A DNA stretch of 64,000 nt from the NCBI GenBank assembly GCA_963786935.1, contig CAWBAN010000003.1:411665-475664 (forward strand), read 5' to 3'. This document shows, piece by piece, positions 1 to 10,800 of the stretch. The first letter of the stretch is position 1. Each line of letters starts with the position of its first letter. A program made the position numbers and the translations under genes. The notes beneath the pieces were generated by a model, which ran no database searches, was not told the origin of the DNA, and worked only from the letters and a program-made list of their open reading frames with translations. This stretch comes from an uncultured bacterium (lineage in GTDB: Bacteria; Krumholzibacteriota; Krumholzibacteriia; Krumholzibacteriales; Krumholzibacteriaceae).

Positions 1-1769
1 TACCGGTCCTCGACGCGATCGTACGCCCGCTGGAAGCTCCGGAGGGCCGGATTGAGCGCCCTGCGGATCCCGTGCCCGGCGCCTCCGCCGATCCTGCTCC
101 AGAGCCTCGTCCAGAACACGGGGATCGTGGTGAACATGGCGTTCCGCATGCGCCGGGCGAATCTTCCGCCGCGCCCCGCGGGCTCCGGCGGAGCCGATCG
201 CGGCGCGACCGTCGCGCCGGAGGACGCCTGGAGGGAAGCGAGCATCGGAATGAGGGTGAGGGCCACGGCGAGAGAGGCGAGGAGCGAGAAGGTCACCGTG
301 AGCGCCTGATCCCTGAAGAGCTGTCCGGAGATTCCCTTGACGAACACGAGCGGCAGGAAGACGGCGACGGTCGTGAGCGTGGAGGCGATCACGGCGCGGG
401 AGACCTCGCTCGCCCCGTCCCGCACCGCGCTCGCCGCGTCCTTTCCCTGCTCGCGATGCCGCGAGATATTTTCGAGCACGACGATCGAGTTGTCGACGAG
501 CATGCCGATCCCGAGCGCGATGCCGCCGAGCGACATGATGTTGAGCGTGAGGCTCGCGCCGAACATCATATTGAACGTCGCGATGACGGAAACGGGGATC
601 GAGAACGAGATGATGACCGTCGCCCAGAAATTCTGCAGGAAGAAATAGAGGATGATGATGGCGAGGACGCCGCCGATCACGGCGTTCGCGATGACCTCGT
701 TCACCGCCTGCGTGATGAACGTCGATTGGTCCGATACCTTCACGAGGTCGGTGTTCGCGGGCAGCATCTCCCGCACGCGCTTGAGCTTCTTCTCGATCTC
801 GCGGGCGACCGAAACGGTGTTGGCGTCCCCTTCCTTGTAGACGGCGATTTCGACCGCCTCGCGGCCGTTGAGGCGGGTGATCGCGTCGCGCTCCTTGAAC
901 CCGTGCCGCACCCGCGCGATGTCGCGCAGGTAGACGGGCTTCCCGTCCTTCGTCGCGACGATGATGTCGTCGATCTCCTCGATCGACTGGAACTGATTCA
1001 GCGTGCGGACGAGGTACTGCTGCGTTCCTTCCTCGAGCCGGCCGCCCGACAGGTTCACGTTTTCGGCGCCGATCTGCCGCGAGAGCTGCTCGATCGGCAC
1101 GTTGATCTGGGCGAGACGTCCCTGATCGATGAGGACCTGAACCTCGTCTTCGAGCCCTCCGCTCACCTTGATCGCCGCCACGCCGAGCGCCGCCTCGAGC
1201 TCCTTCTTGATCTCCTCCTCGGCGAATCGCCGGAGGGATTTGAGCTCGTCCTCGTTGAAGACGATCGAGTCGCCCGGGGCGGCGGCACGCGCGAGCCCGC
1301 CCTCCGCGGCGCCGGTATCGGCGGCCGCGGCAGCCGTTTTGCGGTAGAACCCGAATCGCATGATCGGATCGAGGGACGGATCGAAGCGCAGGATCGTGGG
1401 CCGCTGGATCTCGAGCGGAAGCTCGAGGGCGTCGAGCTTCTCCCGCACGTCGAGCCCCGCGTAATCCATGTTCGTCCCCCAGCCGAACTCGAGCACGACG
1501 TCCGATTGGCCCGACCGCGAGATGGAGCTCACGCGGTTCACGTTCTTGACGACGCCGAGCGCCTCCTCGATCGGCTTCGAGATGAGATTCTCGATCTCGG
1601 CCGGCGCGGCGCCGGGGTACTCGGTGCGGATCGTGAGCGTCGGATAGCTGAGCTCGGGGAGCAGGTTGATCTTGAGGCGGAAGAACGAAACGAATCCGAA
1701 CAGGATGACGGCCAGGGTGAACATCGCGACCGTCACGCGCCGCTTCACTGAAAAATCTATGATACTCAT
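1..1769 (-). CDS. AcrB/AcrD/AcrF-family RND efflux permease (3' end runs off the window)
   Basis: Not in the ORF track because it is open at the edge. Manual translation from ATG 1769: MSIIDFSVKRRVTVAMFTLAVILFGFVSFFRLKINLLPELSYPTLTIRTEYPGAAPAEIENLISKPIEEALG...LNIMSLGGIALGIGMLVDNSIVVLENI, the classic RND TM4 motif. Confidence 0.95.
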   Translation of the reverse strand, partial: MSIIDFSVKRRVTVAMFTLAVILFGFVSFFRLKINLLPELSYPTLTIRTEYPGAAPAEIENLISKPIEEALGVVKNVNRVSSISRSGQSDVVLEFGWGTNMDYAGLDVREKLDALELPLEIQRPTILRFDPSLDPIMRFGFYRKTAAAAADTGAAEGGLARAAAPGDSIVFNEDELKSLRRFAEEEIKKELEAALGVAAIKVSGGLEDEVQVLIDQGRLAQINVPIEQLSRQIGAENVNLSGGRLEEGTQQYLVRTLNQFQSIEEIDDIIVATKDGKPVYLRDIARVRHGFKERDAITRLNGREAVEIAVYKEGDANTVSVAREIEKKLKRVREMLPANTDLVKVSDQSTFITQAVNEVIANAVIGGVLAIIILYFFLQNFWATVIISFSIPVSVIATFNMMFGASLTLNIMSLGGIALGIGMLVDNSIVVLENISRHREQGKDAASAVRDGASEVSRAVIASTLTTVAVFLPLVFVKGISGQLFRDQALTVTFSLLASLAVALTLIPMLASLQASSGATVAPRSAPPEPAGRGGRFARRMRNAMFTTIPVFWTRLWSRIGGGAGHGIRRALNPALRSFQRAYDRVEDR

Positions 1770-1794
1770 GTGCGACCGTTTCCGGTTAATGCCG

Positions 1795-2850
1795 TCATCG
1801 CCGGACGATTTGGACCCGGGCGCTGTCCTTGAGGCTCGCCTTGCCCGTCGTCACGATCGTATCCCCCGGCTGGAGGCCGGTGAGCACCTCGATCGCGGTC
1901 GTGTTCACGTAGCCGGTCGTGACGAGCTGGCGGTACGCAATCGAATCGCGAACGACGAAAACGGCGTTTTCCCGGTCCTCGGATATGATCGCGTCCTTCG
2001 GCGCCGTCAGCACGTTCTCGTGAACGTCGTAGATGATGTTGATCCGGGCGAACATCCCGGGCTTGAGGCGCCTCGACGGGTCGCGCACCTCGACGGTCAC
2101 CTTGACCGTTCCGGTCGCGGGATCGATCACGGGGCTGATCCGCTTGATCCGTCCGGTGAACGGATCGGTCGAGCTCGCGTCCACGATGAGCTTCGCGGCG
2201 AGCCCGGGCCGGAGCTTGCCGAGCTGCCGCTCGGGCACGTGCAGGATCGCGATGAGGGGATCGAGCCCGGCCACGCGGAAGACGGACTGATTCGGGAGCA
2301 CCATGTTTCCGACCTTGATGAGCCGCTCCGCGACGACGCCGCTGATCGGCGTGCGGATCGCCGTATACTTGTACTCCAGCTCGGCGAGGTCGTAGGCCGC
2401 TTTCTGGCTCTCGTAGTCGTACTTGCTCTGCTGGAACATCTCGGTGCTGATGAGGCTCTGCTTGTGCAGGTCGACGTTCCGCTCGTAGCTGTTCTTGAGC
2501 TTGTCGAGCACGGACTTCGCCTGGGCGAGCTGCACCGCGATCTTCTCGTCGTCGAGCTTGGCCAGCACGTCCCCTTCCTTCACGTACTGCCCTTCCTCGA
2601 CCAGGATCTCCTTGACGACTCCGCCGACTTTGGCGACCACGCCGGTCTCTTCCTCGGCGCCAATCGTGGCGGTCCCGGTGAAGTAAGCCGATATGGTGCC
2701 TTTCGTTACGGCGGCCACCTCCACCGGCACGACGACCTTGTCGTCCTTCTTCCCGTCGGTCCCGGCGTGCCCCTTCTTGCCGCAGCCGAGGCCTCCGGCG
2801 GCGGCTGCAAGGGTCACGAAAACGATCAGCAGCAGATATTTCTTTCTCAT
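1795..2850 (-). CDS. RND efflux periplasmic adaptor (membrane fusion protein), lipoprotein-like N-terminus
   Basis: VVAKVGGVVKEILVEEGQYVKEGDVLAKLD, IRTPISGVV, ISPVIDPATGTVKVTVEV, LKPGMFA motifs; directly upstream of the RND permease. Confidence 0.95.
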   Translation of the reverse strand: MRKKYLLLIVFVTLAAAAGGLGCGKKGHAGTDGKKDDKVVVPVEVAAVTKGTISAYFTGTATIGAEEETGVVAKVGGVVKEILVEEGQYVKEGDVLAKLDDEKIAVQLAQAKSVLDKLKNSYERNVDLHKQSLISTEMFQQSKYDYESQKAAYDLAELEYKYTAIRTPISGVVAERLIKVGNMVLPNQSVFRVAGLDPLIAILHVPERQLGKLRPGLAAKLIVDASSTDPFTGRIKRISPVIDPATGTVKVTVEVRDPSRRLKPGMFARINIIYDVHENVLTAPKDAIISEDRENAVFVVRDSIAYRQLVTTGYVNTTAIEVLTGLQPGDTIVTTGKASLKDSARVQIVRR

Positions 2851-3012
2851 GAACGATCCCCCTCGGAATAAATGACTATCAGTTATACGCGCCGACTAAT
2901 ATTAAGTTGCGATTACCGTCGATAATTCGACCCCGGCGCGACCCTTTTTGTTTCAGGATTCGAAGAGAGGGAAATTCCGCGCACGGAGGGCATTGGTTTT
3001 GCCGCTGCCTTA

Positions 3013-3021
3013 TGGTATAAT
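3013..3021 (+). promoter_or_regulatory. Extended -10 element (TGGTATAAT)
   Basis: TGnTATAAT about 50 nt upstream of ATG 3074, which has an AGGAGG RBS. Confidence 0.5.
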
Positions 3022-3073
3022 CACTTCTTTGATAACGGTATCACCATCACCGTCTCTGCGAAGGAGGGTCAGC

Positions 3074-4021
3074 ATGGTCTTCGGCGGTCATCTGAGAAAA
3101 GGATTGGCGGCTCTCGCCCTGCTGTTCTGTCTCGCGCCGCCCGCAGCCGCGCAGCTCAACGACCAGCTCTCGGCATATACGGGCGCGAACGCGACGGGGT
3201 ATCTGCAGCCGATCGCGAACGCGATCGGCGCGAACCTCAACAGCGGCATCTTCCGGACCGCGTCGATTCCCCGGATGGCCCCGAAGATCCGGATCGAGAT
3301 CGAAGTCATGAGCGTCTTCTTCGGCGACGACGACCGGACCTTCCGCGCCGTCACCGAGCGCGGATTCTCGCCGGTCACCTACGCTGACGCGCCGACCGCG
3401 GTCGGATCGACCGAAGCCGTCATCGTGGAAGGGGACGCGGGAACGGCCTTCGCGTTTCCCGGCGGGCTCGATCTCCACTCCTTCGCGCTCGCCGCGCCGC
3501 AGATACGCGTGGGCGGCCTCTTCGGCACGGAGCTGATCGTGAGATACTTCGCGATGAGCATCAGCGAATCGGAATCGGATGAATCGTCGAGCAACGATCT
3601 GGGCGACATCAGCCTCTTCGGCATCGGCGCGAAACACAGCATTTCCCAGTACCTGCCGGCCCCGTTCCCCGTCGATCTCTCCGCCGGCTTCTTCTGGCAG
3701 TCGCTCGACGCCGGGGAGAACGAGCGGGGGGACCGGCTCATTTCCTCGCAGGCGCTTTCGATCGGCGTCCAGGCGAGCAAGATGGTCGCCCGGTTCGTCG
3801 AGCCGTACGCCGGGCTCTCGTACGACACGCACACGTTGGACGTCTCGTACGACAGCGAGGAGGACGGCGTGACCACGACGACCGACATCGATTTCGAGAA
3901 GGACAGCACGCTGCACCTGACGCTCGGGCTCATGCTCGAGTTTCCGGTCGCCAAGGGATTCATCGAATACAACGTCGCGGGGATGAACAGCTTTTCGTTC
4001 GGTCTCGCGCTGGGCATCTGA
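3074..4021 (+). CDS. Secreted/outer-membrane beta-barrel protein, DUF6588-like
   Basis: AGGAGG RBS before ATG 3074; signal peptide ending PAAA-Q; 'GYLQPIANAIGANLNSG', 'LFGIGAKHSISQY', alternating beta-strand C-terminus. Confidence 0.7.
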   Translation: MVFGGHLRKGLAALALLFCLAPPAAAQLNDQLSAYTGANATGYLQPIANAIGANLNSGIFRTASIPRMAPKIRIEIEVMSVFFGDDDRTFRAVTERGFSPVTYADAPTAVGSTEAVIVEGDAGTAFAFPGGLDLHSFALAAPQIRVGGLFGTELIVRYFAMSISESESDESSSNDLGDISLFGIGAKHSISQYLPAPFPVDLSAGFFWQSLDAGENERGDRLISSQALSIGVQASKMVARFVEPYAGLSYDTHTLDVSYDSEEDGVTTTTDIDFEKDSTLHLTLGLMLEFPVAKGFIEYNVAGMNSFSFGLALGI

Positions 4022-4045
4022 CGAGGGGCTTCAAGCGATAGGAGC

Positions 4046-4675
4046 GTGAACCTGATGAATGCAACACTGAAGAAATCCGGTCTCCTTCTCTTCCTGACCG
4101 GTCTCGTCCTGGTCGCCGTGGGCGGCTGCGTCATGGAAGACAGGGTCGTCGAGATCGTCGTGAGCGAGACGACCTGCGTCGATTTTCCCGAATATCACAC
4201 CTCGGAGACGTTCGTCACCCCGGCGACGGTCGATTACGCGCAGCAAATCAACCAGATCCTCGAGGACAACGACGTGTCGCGCGAGGATCTCGTGTCGGCG
4301 CGGCTCGTGAGCGCCACCTACGGCGTCACGAGCTTCCCGGCGCACGCCGATTGGGCGATCTCCGGCGCGGTGACCGTGCAGCGCGAGGACGTTTCGGACG
4401 GGCCGGATACGCTCTACGCGTATACGAGCCTCTCGGTCGCGGGCGCTCTCGGCAAAACGCTGCCGGCCGTTCTGAACGCCGACGGCGTCGGCGTCCTCAA
4501 CAGGGCGCTTGCCGACTTCATCGCGGGGGAGAACCCGGTGCTCACCTTCGAGGTCATCAACAGCAACGTGGCTCCGACTCCGAGCACCGGCGATCCGCTC
4601 GTGTTCGAGTGGAAAGGCTGCATCGTCATCGACATCGTGGCGAAGAGCGAGGCCGAAGTCCCGGATCCGTTCTGA
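4046..4675 (+). CDS. Hypothetical lipoprotein
   Basis: Hydrophobic N-terminus with lipobox-like VGGC; RBS AGGAG; start may be ATG 4055. Confidence 0.7.
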   Translation: MNLMNATLKKSGLLLFLTGLVLVAVGGCVMEDRVVEIVVSETTCVDFPEYHTSETFVTPATVDYAQQINQILEDNDVSREDLVSARLVSATYGVTSFPAHADWAISGAVTVQREDVSDGPDTLYAYTSLSVAGALGKTLPAVLNADGVGVLNRALADFIAGENPVLTFEVINSNVAPTPSTGDPLVFEWKGCIVIDIVAKSEAEVPDPF

Positions 4676-4682
4676 GCGGACG

Positions 4683-4711
4683 CGCCGCGAAGCCCGGTTC
4701 GCTTCGCGGCG
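4683..4711. terminator. Hairpin between convergent genes (probable terminator)
   Basis: Perfect 11-bp inverted repeat CGCCGCGAAGC-7nt-GCTTCGCGGCG; no clear U tract. Confidence 0.5.
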
Positions 4712-4716
4712 GGACG

Positions 4717-5520
4717 CTAGAATCTCACGTCGAGGGCGAGGCCCGGACGGCCGGGCGTGAAGTCGGGGCGCAGGCTCAGTCTGTCCCCCGCGGAGCGGTG
4801 AATACGCGGGATGATATAGCCGGCGGCGCCGCCGACGACGGCGCCGGTGATGACGTCGGTCGGGAAGTGCTTTCCCGCTTCGTAGCGCATGAATCCGACC
4901 CCCGCGGCCGCGAGGAGCGAGCCCGCCCAGATGTACGGTCCCGCCGTCGAGCCGGGATGATAATCCCCGTACACCGTCGACAGGAACGCGGCCGAGGCGA
5001 ACGCCACGGAGGCGTGCCGCGAGAAAAATGATTTCGTCGCGTCGCCCGTCGTTTTCTCGGCCGTCGGCGCCTCCGCGTTGTAGACGAACGGGCGGATGCG
5101 ATCGACCGCGAGCTTCGTGATCTCCGGAAGGACGACGGCCAGCGCCATCGTCTCTGCGTACATCATCGTGCAGGTGACCCAATCCTCGCGCACGCCCTCG
5201 TCGAGCATGAGGGCGAGGGGGGCCGCGACGACCGCTCCCAGGACGACGTCGCTCGCGTCGCTCGCGGCCTCGGAATAGTTCCAGGTCGCGCTCCGATCGA
5301 AGGGATTGACCGATTCGCGCGACAATCCCGCGATTTCCTGCTCGGTGAGCGGTTCGGGCGTCCGGTTGGCGAGAATGGCGCCGAGGCCGACGGCCGCGCT
5401 TCCCCCGGCGATCCAAGCGTCCTTCGTCCGGTCCAGCCGGTAGGGGGACGCGCCTTCCGCCCGGTCCGCGATCGCGGCGGCCGCGAGAACGATGCATGCG
5501 ATTCTTCGTGTTCGATTCAT
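4717..5520 (-). CDS. PAP2-family phosphatase
   Basis: Likely start MNRTRRIAC at 5520; PAP2 motifs KLAVDRIRP, SFFSRH, RYEAGKHFPTDVITG. Confidence 0.9.
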   Translation of the reverse strand: MNRTRRIACIVLAAAAIADRAEGASPYRLDRTKDAWIAGGSAAVGLGAILANRTPEPLTEQEIAGLSRESVNPFDRSATWNYSEAASDASDVVLGAVVAAPLALMLDEGVREDWVTCTMMYAETMALAVVLPEITKLAVDRIRPFVYNAEAPTAEKTTGDATKSFFSRHASVAFASAAFLSTVYGDYHPGSTAGPYIWAGSLLAAAGVGFMRYEAGKHFPTDVITGAVVGGAAGYIIPRIHRSAGDRLSLRPDFTPGRPGLALDVRF

Positions 5521-5637
5521 ACGCAGATCGCCATTATAAACCATACGGCCCCTCGATCCACACGGGAAAAAGAAAGAATGAGCTTCCCCATAGCCTGGCT
5601 TGCGATATAATCTCGGGGCGGGAAAGGGGAAGAGCGA

Positions 5638-6600
5638 ATGAAGGGGATTCTCCTGCACGCGGCCTGTCTCGTCGTGATCATTTTCGGGGTCCGGGCCATG
5701 AGCTCGTTCCTGAGCGTCGTTCTGCTCGGGATCCTGCTCGCGTACAGCCTGAGCCCGGTGCCGATCTGGCTCATCCGAAAGCGCCTCCGGGCTCCCGCGG
5801 CCATCGCCGCCGCCGTTCTCGCCGCGATCGCGGTGGGGGCGGGGGCGATCGTGCTGGCCGGCGTCTCCATCGTGCATCTGAAAGAGCGCCTTCCGCTCTA
5901 CGAGGCGCGCTGGATCGCGCTGCGGGAGAGCGTGACGGGATTCCTCGCCGGCTACGGTGTCGAGACGAAGGACGTCTTCTCCCTCGATTTCTTCGGCCCG
6001 GAGAAGCTGCTCGGCTGGGCGAGGGCGCTCCTCCTGCAGGGTGGGCAGACCGCCGGTCAGCTCTTCCTCGTGATTCTGGTCATGATCTTCGCGCTGATCG
6101 AGATCGTCGAGATTCATCTGCGGAAAACGCGGGGAGAGCTTCCGACCGATTCCTTCGTCGGCCGTTTCAACGTGCACAGCGAGGATATCAGGTCGTACGT
6201 GTCGATCACGGGGCTCACGGGGCTCGTCGGCGCCGTTCTTTTCTACATCGCGCTGCTCGCGTTCGGCGTGGAATCGGCCGTGACGTGGGCCGCGCTTTCG
6301 TTCCTCCTCAACTTCATTCCGACCTTCGGCGCGATCTTCACCGTGGTGCCGCCCGCGCTGCTGGCGCTGCTGGCGTCCGGCTGGCTCAAGGCCGCCGGCG
6401 TCATCGTCGCGTTCACCGTCATCAATCTCCTGGTCGACAACGTGATCAAGCCGAGGCTGATGAAGGACAGGCTGAACGTCTCGCCGCTCCTGGTCCTCGT
6501 TTCGCTGCTGTTCTGGACCTGGGTGCTCGGCCCCCTCGGGGCCATTCTCGCCGTGCCGATCACGATTACCGTCAGACGCGTGTACGGGCGAAGAGCTTGA
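5638..6600 (+). CDS. AI-2E family transporter
   Basis: Multi-TM protein with 'FLLNFIPTFGA', 'DNVIKPRLM..LNVSP', 'WTWVLGPLGAILAVP'. Confidence 0.92.
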   Translation: MKGILLHAACLVVIIFGVRAMSSFLSVVLLGILLAYSLSPVPIWLIRKRLRAPAAIAAAVLAAIAVGAGAIVLAGVSIVHLKERLPLYEARWIALRESVTGFLAGYGVETKDVFSLDFFGPEKLLGWARALLLQGGQTAGQLFLVILVMIFALIEIVEIHLRKTRGELPTDSFVGRFNVHSEDIRSYVSITGLTGLVGAVLFYIALLAFGVESAVTWAALSFLLNFIPTFGAIFTVVPPALLALLASGWLKAAGVIVAFTVINLLVDNVIKPRLMKDRLNVSPLLVLVSLLFWTWVLGPLGAILAVPITITVRRVYGRRA

Positions 6601-6772
6601 TGAGAATCGCCACGGGGATGATCACGATCGGGAGCGGCGCCCGCTCCGCCGGATACTTTGCCGCGTGCTCCGGAAATCTTGAATATTCTCCGTTCGGCCG
6701 CTTGCCATGGCGTGCCGGTTGGGGTATCGTATGACGGCTTCGGGGCGCGCGCTGGCCGGCCCGGCCGCGAAC

Positions 6773-7855
6773 ATGATGAACACGGGAAAAGCGATATATC
6801 TCGAGCTCGAGGACGGCACCGTCGCGGAAGGCGTTTCCTTCGGCGCGGAGCGCTCCGTTTCGGGGGAGGTCGTCTTCAACACGGGAATGGTCGGCTACCC
6901 CGAATCCCTCACCGATCCCTCGTACCGCGGACAGATTCTGGTTCTCACCTATCCGCTCGTCGGCAACTACGGCGTGCCGCCGCCTGATCGCGAGGACGGC
7001 ATCCTGAAATATTTCGAATCGGAGCGCGTCCAGATCGCCGGTCTCGTCGTCTCCGAGCATTGCGAGCGCTACAGCCACTGGAACGCGGTGAAGAGCCTCG
7101 GGCGCTGGCTCGTCGAGCACGACGTTCCCGCCGTGCAGGGCGTCGATACGCGGGCGCTCACGAAGCGCATCAGGGAGCGGGGGACGATGCTCGGGAGGAT
7201 CGTGTGCGGCGGCGAGGTCCCCTTCGAGGATCCGAACGGGCGGAATCTCGTCGCCGAGGTGAGCGTCGGGGAGCCCGTTGTGTACGGCGGAGGGCGCCCG
7301 CGGGTGCTCGTCGTCGACTGCGGCATGAAGAACAATATCGTCAGGTGTCTGCTCGGCCGCGGCGCGACCGTCATCCGCGTGCCCTGGGATTACGATTTCA
7401 ACGACGGCGCGCACGAGTGGGACGGGCTCTTCCTGTCGAACGGTCCCGGGGATCCCAAAACGTGCGCCGCGACGATCGCGCACGTGCGCGAGGCGCTCGC
7501 GCGGCGGCGAAAGATCTTCGGCATCTGTCTCGGGAACCAGCTCCTCGCCCTCGCCGCGGGCGCCGACACGTACAAGCTGAAATACGGCCACCGGTCCCAG
7601 AACCAGCCGTGCGTCGAGTGCGGCACGAAGCGGTGCAGCATCACCTCCCAGAACCACGGCTACGCCGTCGACGCGGCGACGCTGCCGGACGGCTGGCTGC
7701 CGTGGTTCGTGAACGCGAACGACGGGACGAACGAGGGGATCAGGCACGAGCGGGACCCGTTCATGGCGGTGCAGTTTCATCCGGAGGCGTGCGGCGGGCC
7801 GACCGACACCGAGTATCTCTTCGACCATTTTCTCGAGGGGTTGCGGAATGGCTGA
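6773..7855 (+). CDS. carA: Carbamoyl-phosphate synthase small subunit
   Basis: GEVVFNTGMVGYPESLTDPSY, LSNGPGDP, GICLGNQ, SQNHGYAV, VQFHPE; start at 6773 or 6776 is more likely than 6707. Confidence 0.97.
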   Translation: MMNTGKAIYLELEDGTVAEGVSFGAERSVSGEVVFNTGMVGYPESLTDPSYRGQILVLTYPLVGNYGVPPPDREDGILKYFESERVQIAGLVVSEHCERYSHWNAVKSLGRWLVEHDVPAVQGVDTRALTKRIRERGTMLGRIVCGGEVPFEDPNGRNLVAEVSVGEPVVYGGGRPRVLVVDCGMKNNIVRCLLGRGATVIRVPWDYDFNDGAHEWDGLFLSNGPGDPKTCAATIAHVREALARRRKIFGICLGNQLLALAAGADTYKLKYGHRSQNQPCVECGTKRCSITSQNHGYAVDAATLPDGWLPWFVNANDGTNEGIRHERDPFMAVQFHPEACGGPTDTEYLFDHFLEGLRNG

Positions 7856-10800
7856 CGCGATCCGCAAAGTGCTCATTCTCGGGAGCGGCGGTCTCCAGAT
7901 CGGCCAGGCGGGGGAGTTCGACTACTCGGGGAGCCAGGCGATCAAGGCGGCGAAGGAGGACGGCGTCGAGGTCGTTCTCATCAATCCGAACATCGCCACG
8001 ATCCAGACGAGCGAGGGGATGGCGGACAAGGTCTACTTCCTGCCCGTCGAGCCCTACTTCGTCGAGCGCGTCATCAGGAAGGAGCGTCCGGACGGCATCC
8101 TCCTCTCGTTCGGCGGGCAGACCGCGCTCAACTGCGGGACGGCGCTCGCGGAGAGCGGCGCGCTCGAGCGGCACGGCGTGAGCGTGCTCGGCACCCCCGT
8201 CGAGGCGATCGTCGCGACGGAGGACCGCAAGCGCTTCGTCGAGAAGCTCGCCGAGATCGGCGTGCTCACCCCCCGGAGCAGGGCGGTCTCGTCGGTGGAA
8301 GCGGGGCTCGGCGCCGCGGCGGGCATCGGCTATCCGGTCATGATCCGCGCCGCCTACGCGCTCGGGGGCAAGGGGAGCGGGATCGCGGCGGACGAGACGG
8401 CGCTCCGCGCGATGCTCGAAAAGGCCTTCTCGTCGACGGGCCAGGTGCTCGTCGAGGAGTGCTTGCGGGGGTGGAAGGAGATCGAGTACGAGGTCATGCG
8501 CGACTCCTTCGACAACTGCATCACGATCTGCAACATGGAGAATCTCGATCCGATGGGGATCCACACCGGGGAGAGCATCGTCGTCGCCCCGTCGCAGACG
8601 CTCACGAACGCCGAGTACCACAAGCTCCGCGCGGTCGCGATCAGGGTCGCGAGGCATCTCGGGATCGTCGGGGAGTGCAACATCCAGTACGCCTTCGATC
8701 CGCGGAGCGAGGACTACCGCGTGATCGAGGTCAACGCGCGCCTCTCGCGTTCGTCCGCCCTCGCCTCGAAGGCGACCGGGTATCCGATCGCCTTCGTCGC
8801 GGCCAAGCTCGCCTTCGGCGCCGCGCTCCCCGAGCTCCGGAACTCGATCACGCAGTCGACGACGGCGTGCTTCGAGCCGGCCCTCGATTACGTCGTGCTC
8901 AAGTTCCCCCGGTGGGACCTCAACAAGTTCAAGGTCGTCTCCCGCATCATCGGCTCGGAGATGAAGAGCGTCGGGGAGGTCATGGCGATCGGGCGGTGCT
9001 TCGAGGAGGCGCTCCAGAAGGCGATCCGCATGCTCCACGTCGGGATGTACGGGCTCGTCGGGAACGGCCTGCGCTTCGAGAACGTCGAGGACGCGATCGC
9101 GAACCCGACCGATATGCGGATCTTCGCCGTCGCCGAGGCGATCCGCGCCGGCGTGACGCCCGCGCGGATCAACGAGCTCTCCGGCATCGATCCGTGGTTT
9201 CTCCACAAGATCGAGAACGTCGTCGAGACGGAAGAGCGGTTGAAAACGGAGCCCTTCACCGAGGAGCGTCTCGCCGCCGCCAAGAAATTGGGATTCTCCG
9301 ATCACCAGATCGGGAAGATCCTCGGGCGCTCCGAGCTCGACGTGCGGAAGCTCCGCAAGCGCTGGGGGATCGTGCCGGCGGTGCGGCAGATCGACACGCT
9401 CGCCGCGGAATATCCCGCGAAGACGAACTACCTCTACCTCACGTACGGCGGATCGGAGCACGACGTCGATTACGGGAAGATGCCGGGCGGAAGGGCGGTG
9501 ATCGTTCTCGGAAGCGGCGCGTACCGCATCGGCTCGTCCGTCGAGTTCGACTGGTGCTGCGTGAACGCCGTGAAGACCGCGAAGGAGCTCGGGCATTCGA
9601 CCGTCATGATCAACTGCAACCCCGAAACGGTCTCCACCGATTACGACGAGTGCGACCGGCTCTACTTCGACGAGCTGAGCTTCGAGCGGGTGCTCGACGT
9701 CTACGAGCTCGAGGAGCCGCTCGGGCTCGTGCTCTCGATGGGGGGGCAGATCCCGAACAACCTCGCGATGAAGTGCCATGCGGCGGGGCTCCGGGTGCTC
9801 GGGACGAGCCCGCAGAGCATCGACCGCGCCGAGGACCGGCACAAGTTCTCCCGGCTCCTCGACGACATCGGGATCGATCAGCCCCCGTGGCGGGAGCTCA
9901 CGACGCTCGACGAGGCGAAGGCCTTCGCGGCGCGCGTCGGCTATCCCGTGCTCGTCCGCCCCTCGTACGTCCTGAGCGGCGCCGCGATGAACGTCATCTT
10001 CAACGAGGAGAACATGGAGAAGTTCATCACGATGGCCTCGAGCGTGAGCCCCGAGCATCCCGTCGTGATATCGAAGTTCATCGAGGGGGCGAAGGAGATC
10101 GAGATCGACGCGGTCGCGAGCCGCGGGCACATCGTGATCTACGCGATGAGCGAGCACATCGAGCTCGCCGGGGTCCATTCGGGGGACGCGACGATGGTGC
10201 TCCCCCCGCAGCGGATTTGGCTCGAGACGGTGAGGAAGATCAAGCGCGTCGCGCGGGAGCTCGCGCAGTCGCTCGATATCACGGGGCCCTTCAACGTCCA
10301 GTTCGTCGCGAAGGACAACGACGTCAAGGTGATCGAGTGCAACCTGCGGGCGAGCCGGAGCTTCCCGTTCGTCTCGAAGGTCTTCAAGCACAACTTCATC
10401 GACATCGCGACGCGCGCCATCCTCGGGCGCGCGATTCCGCCGATCGACAAGTCGAGCCTCGAGCTCGACTACGTGGGGGTCAAGTCGGCCCAGTTTTCCT
10501 TCTCGCGGCTCAAGGAAGCCGACCCCGTCTGCCACGTCGAGATGTCCTCGACGGGGGAGGTCGGATGCCTCGGGGACGACGTGTACGACGCGTTCCTCAA
10601 ATCGTTCCTCTCGACGGGGATGCGATTCCCGCGCGCCAACGTGCTCCTCAGCGTGAGCGGCGACGAGAACCGCTTCGAGCTCCTCGAGACGGTGAAGACG
10701 CTGCGCGAGATGAATTTCACCCTCTACGCGACCGAGCACACGGCCGCGTTCTACCGGAACCTCGGCGTCGACACGAATCTCGTGCACAAGATCCACGAGG

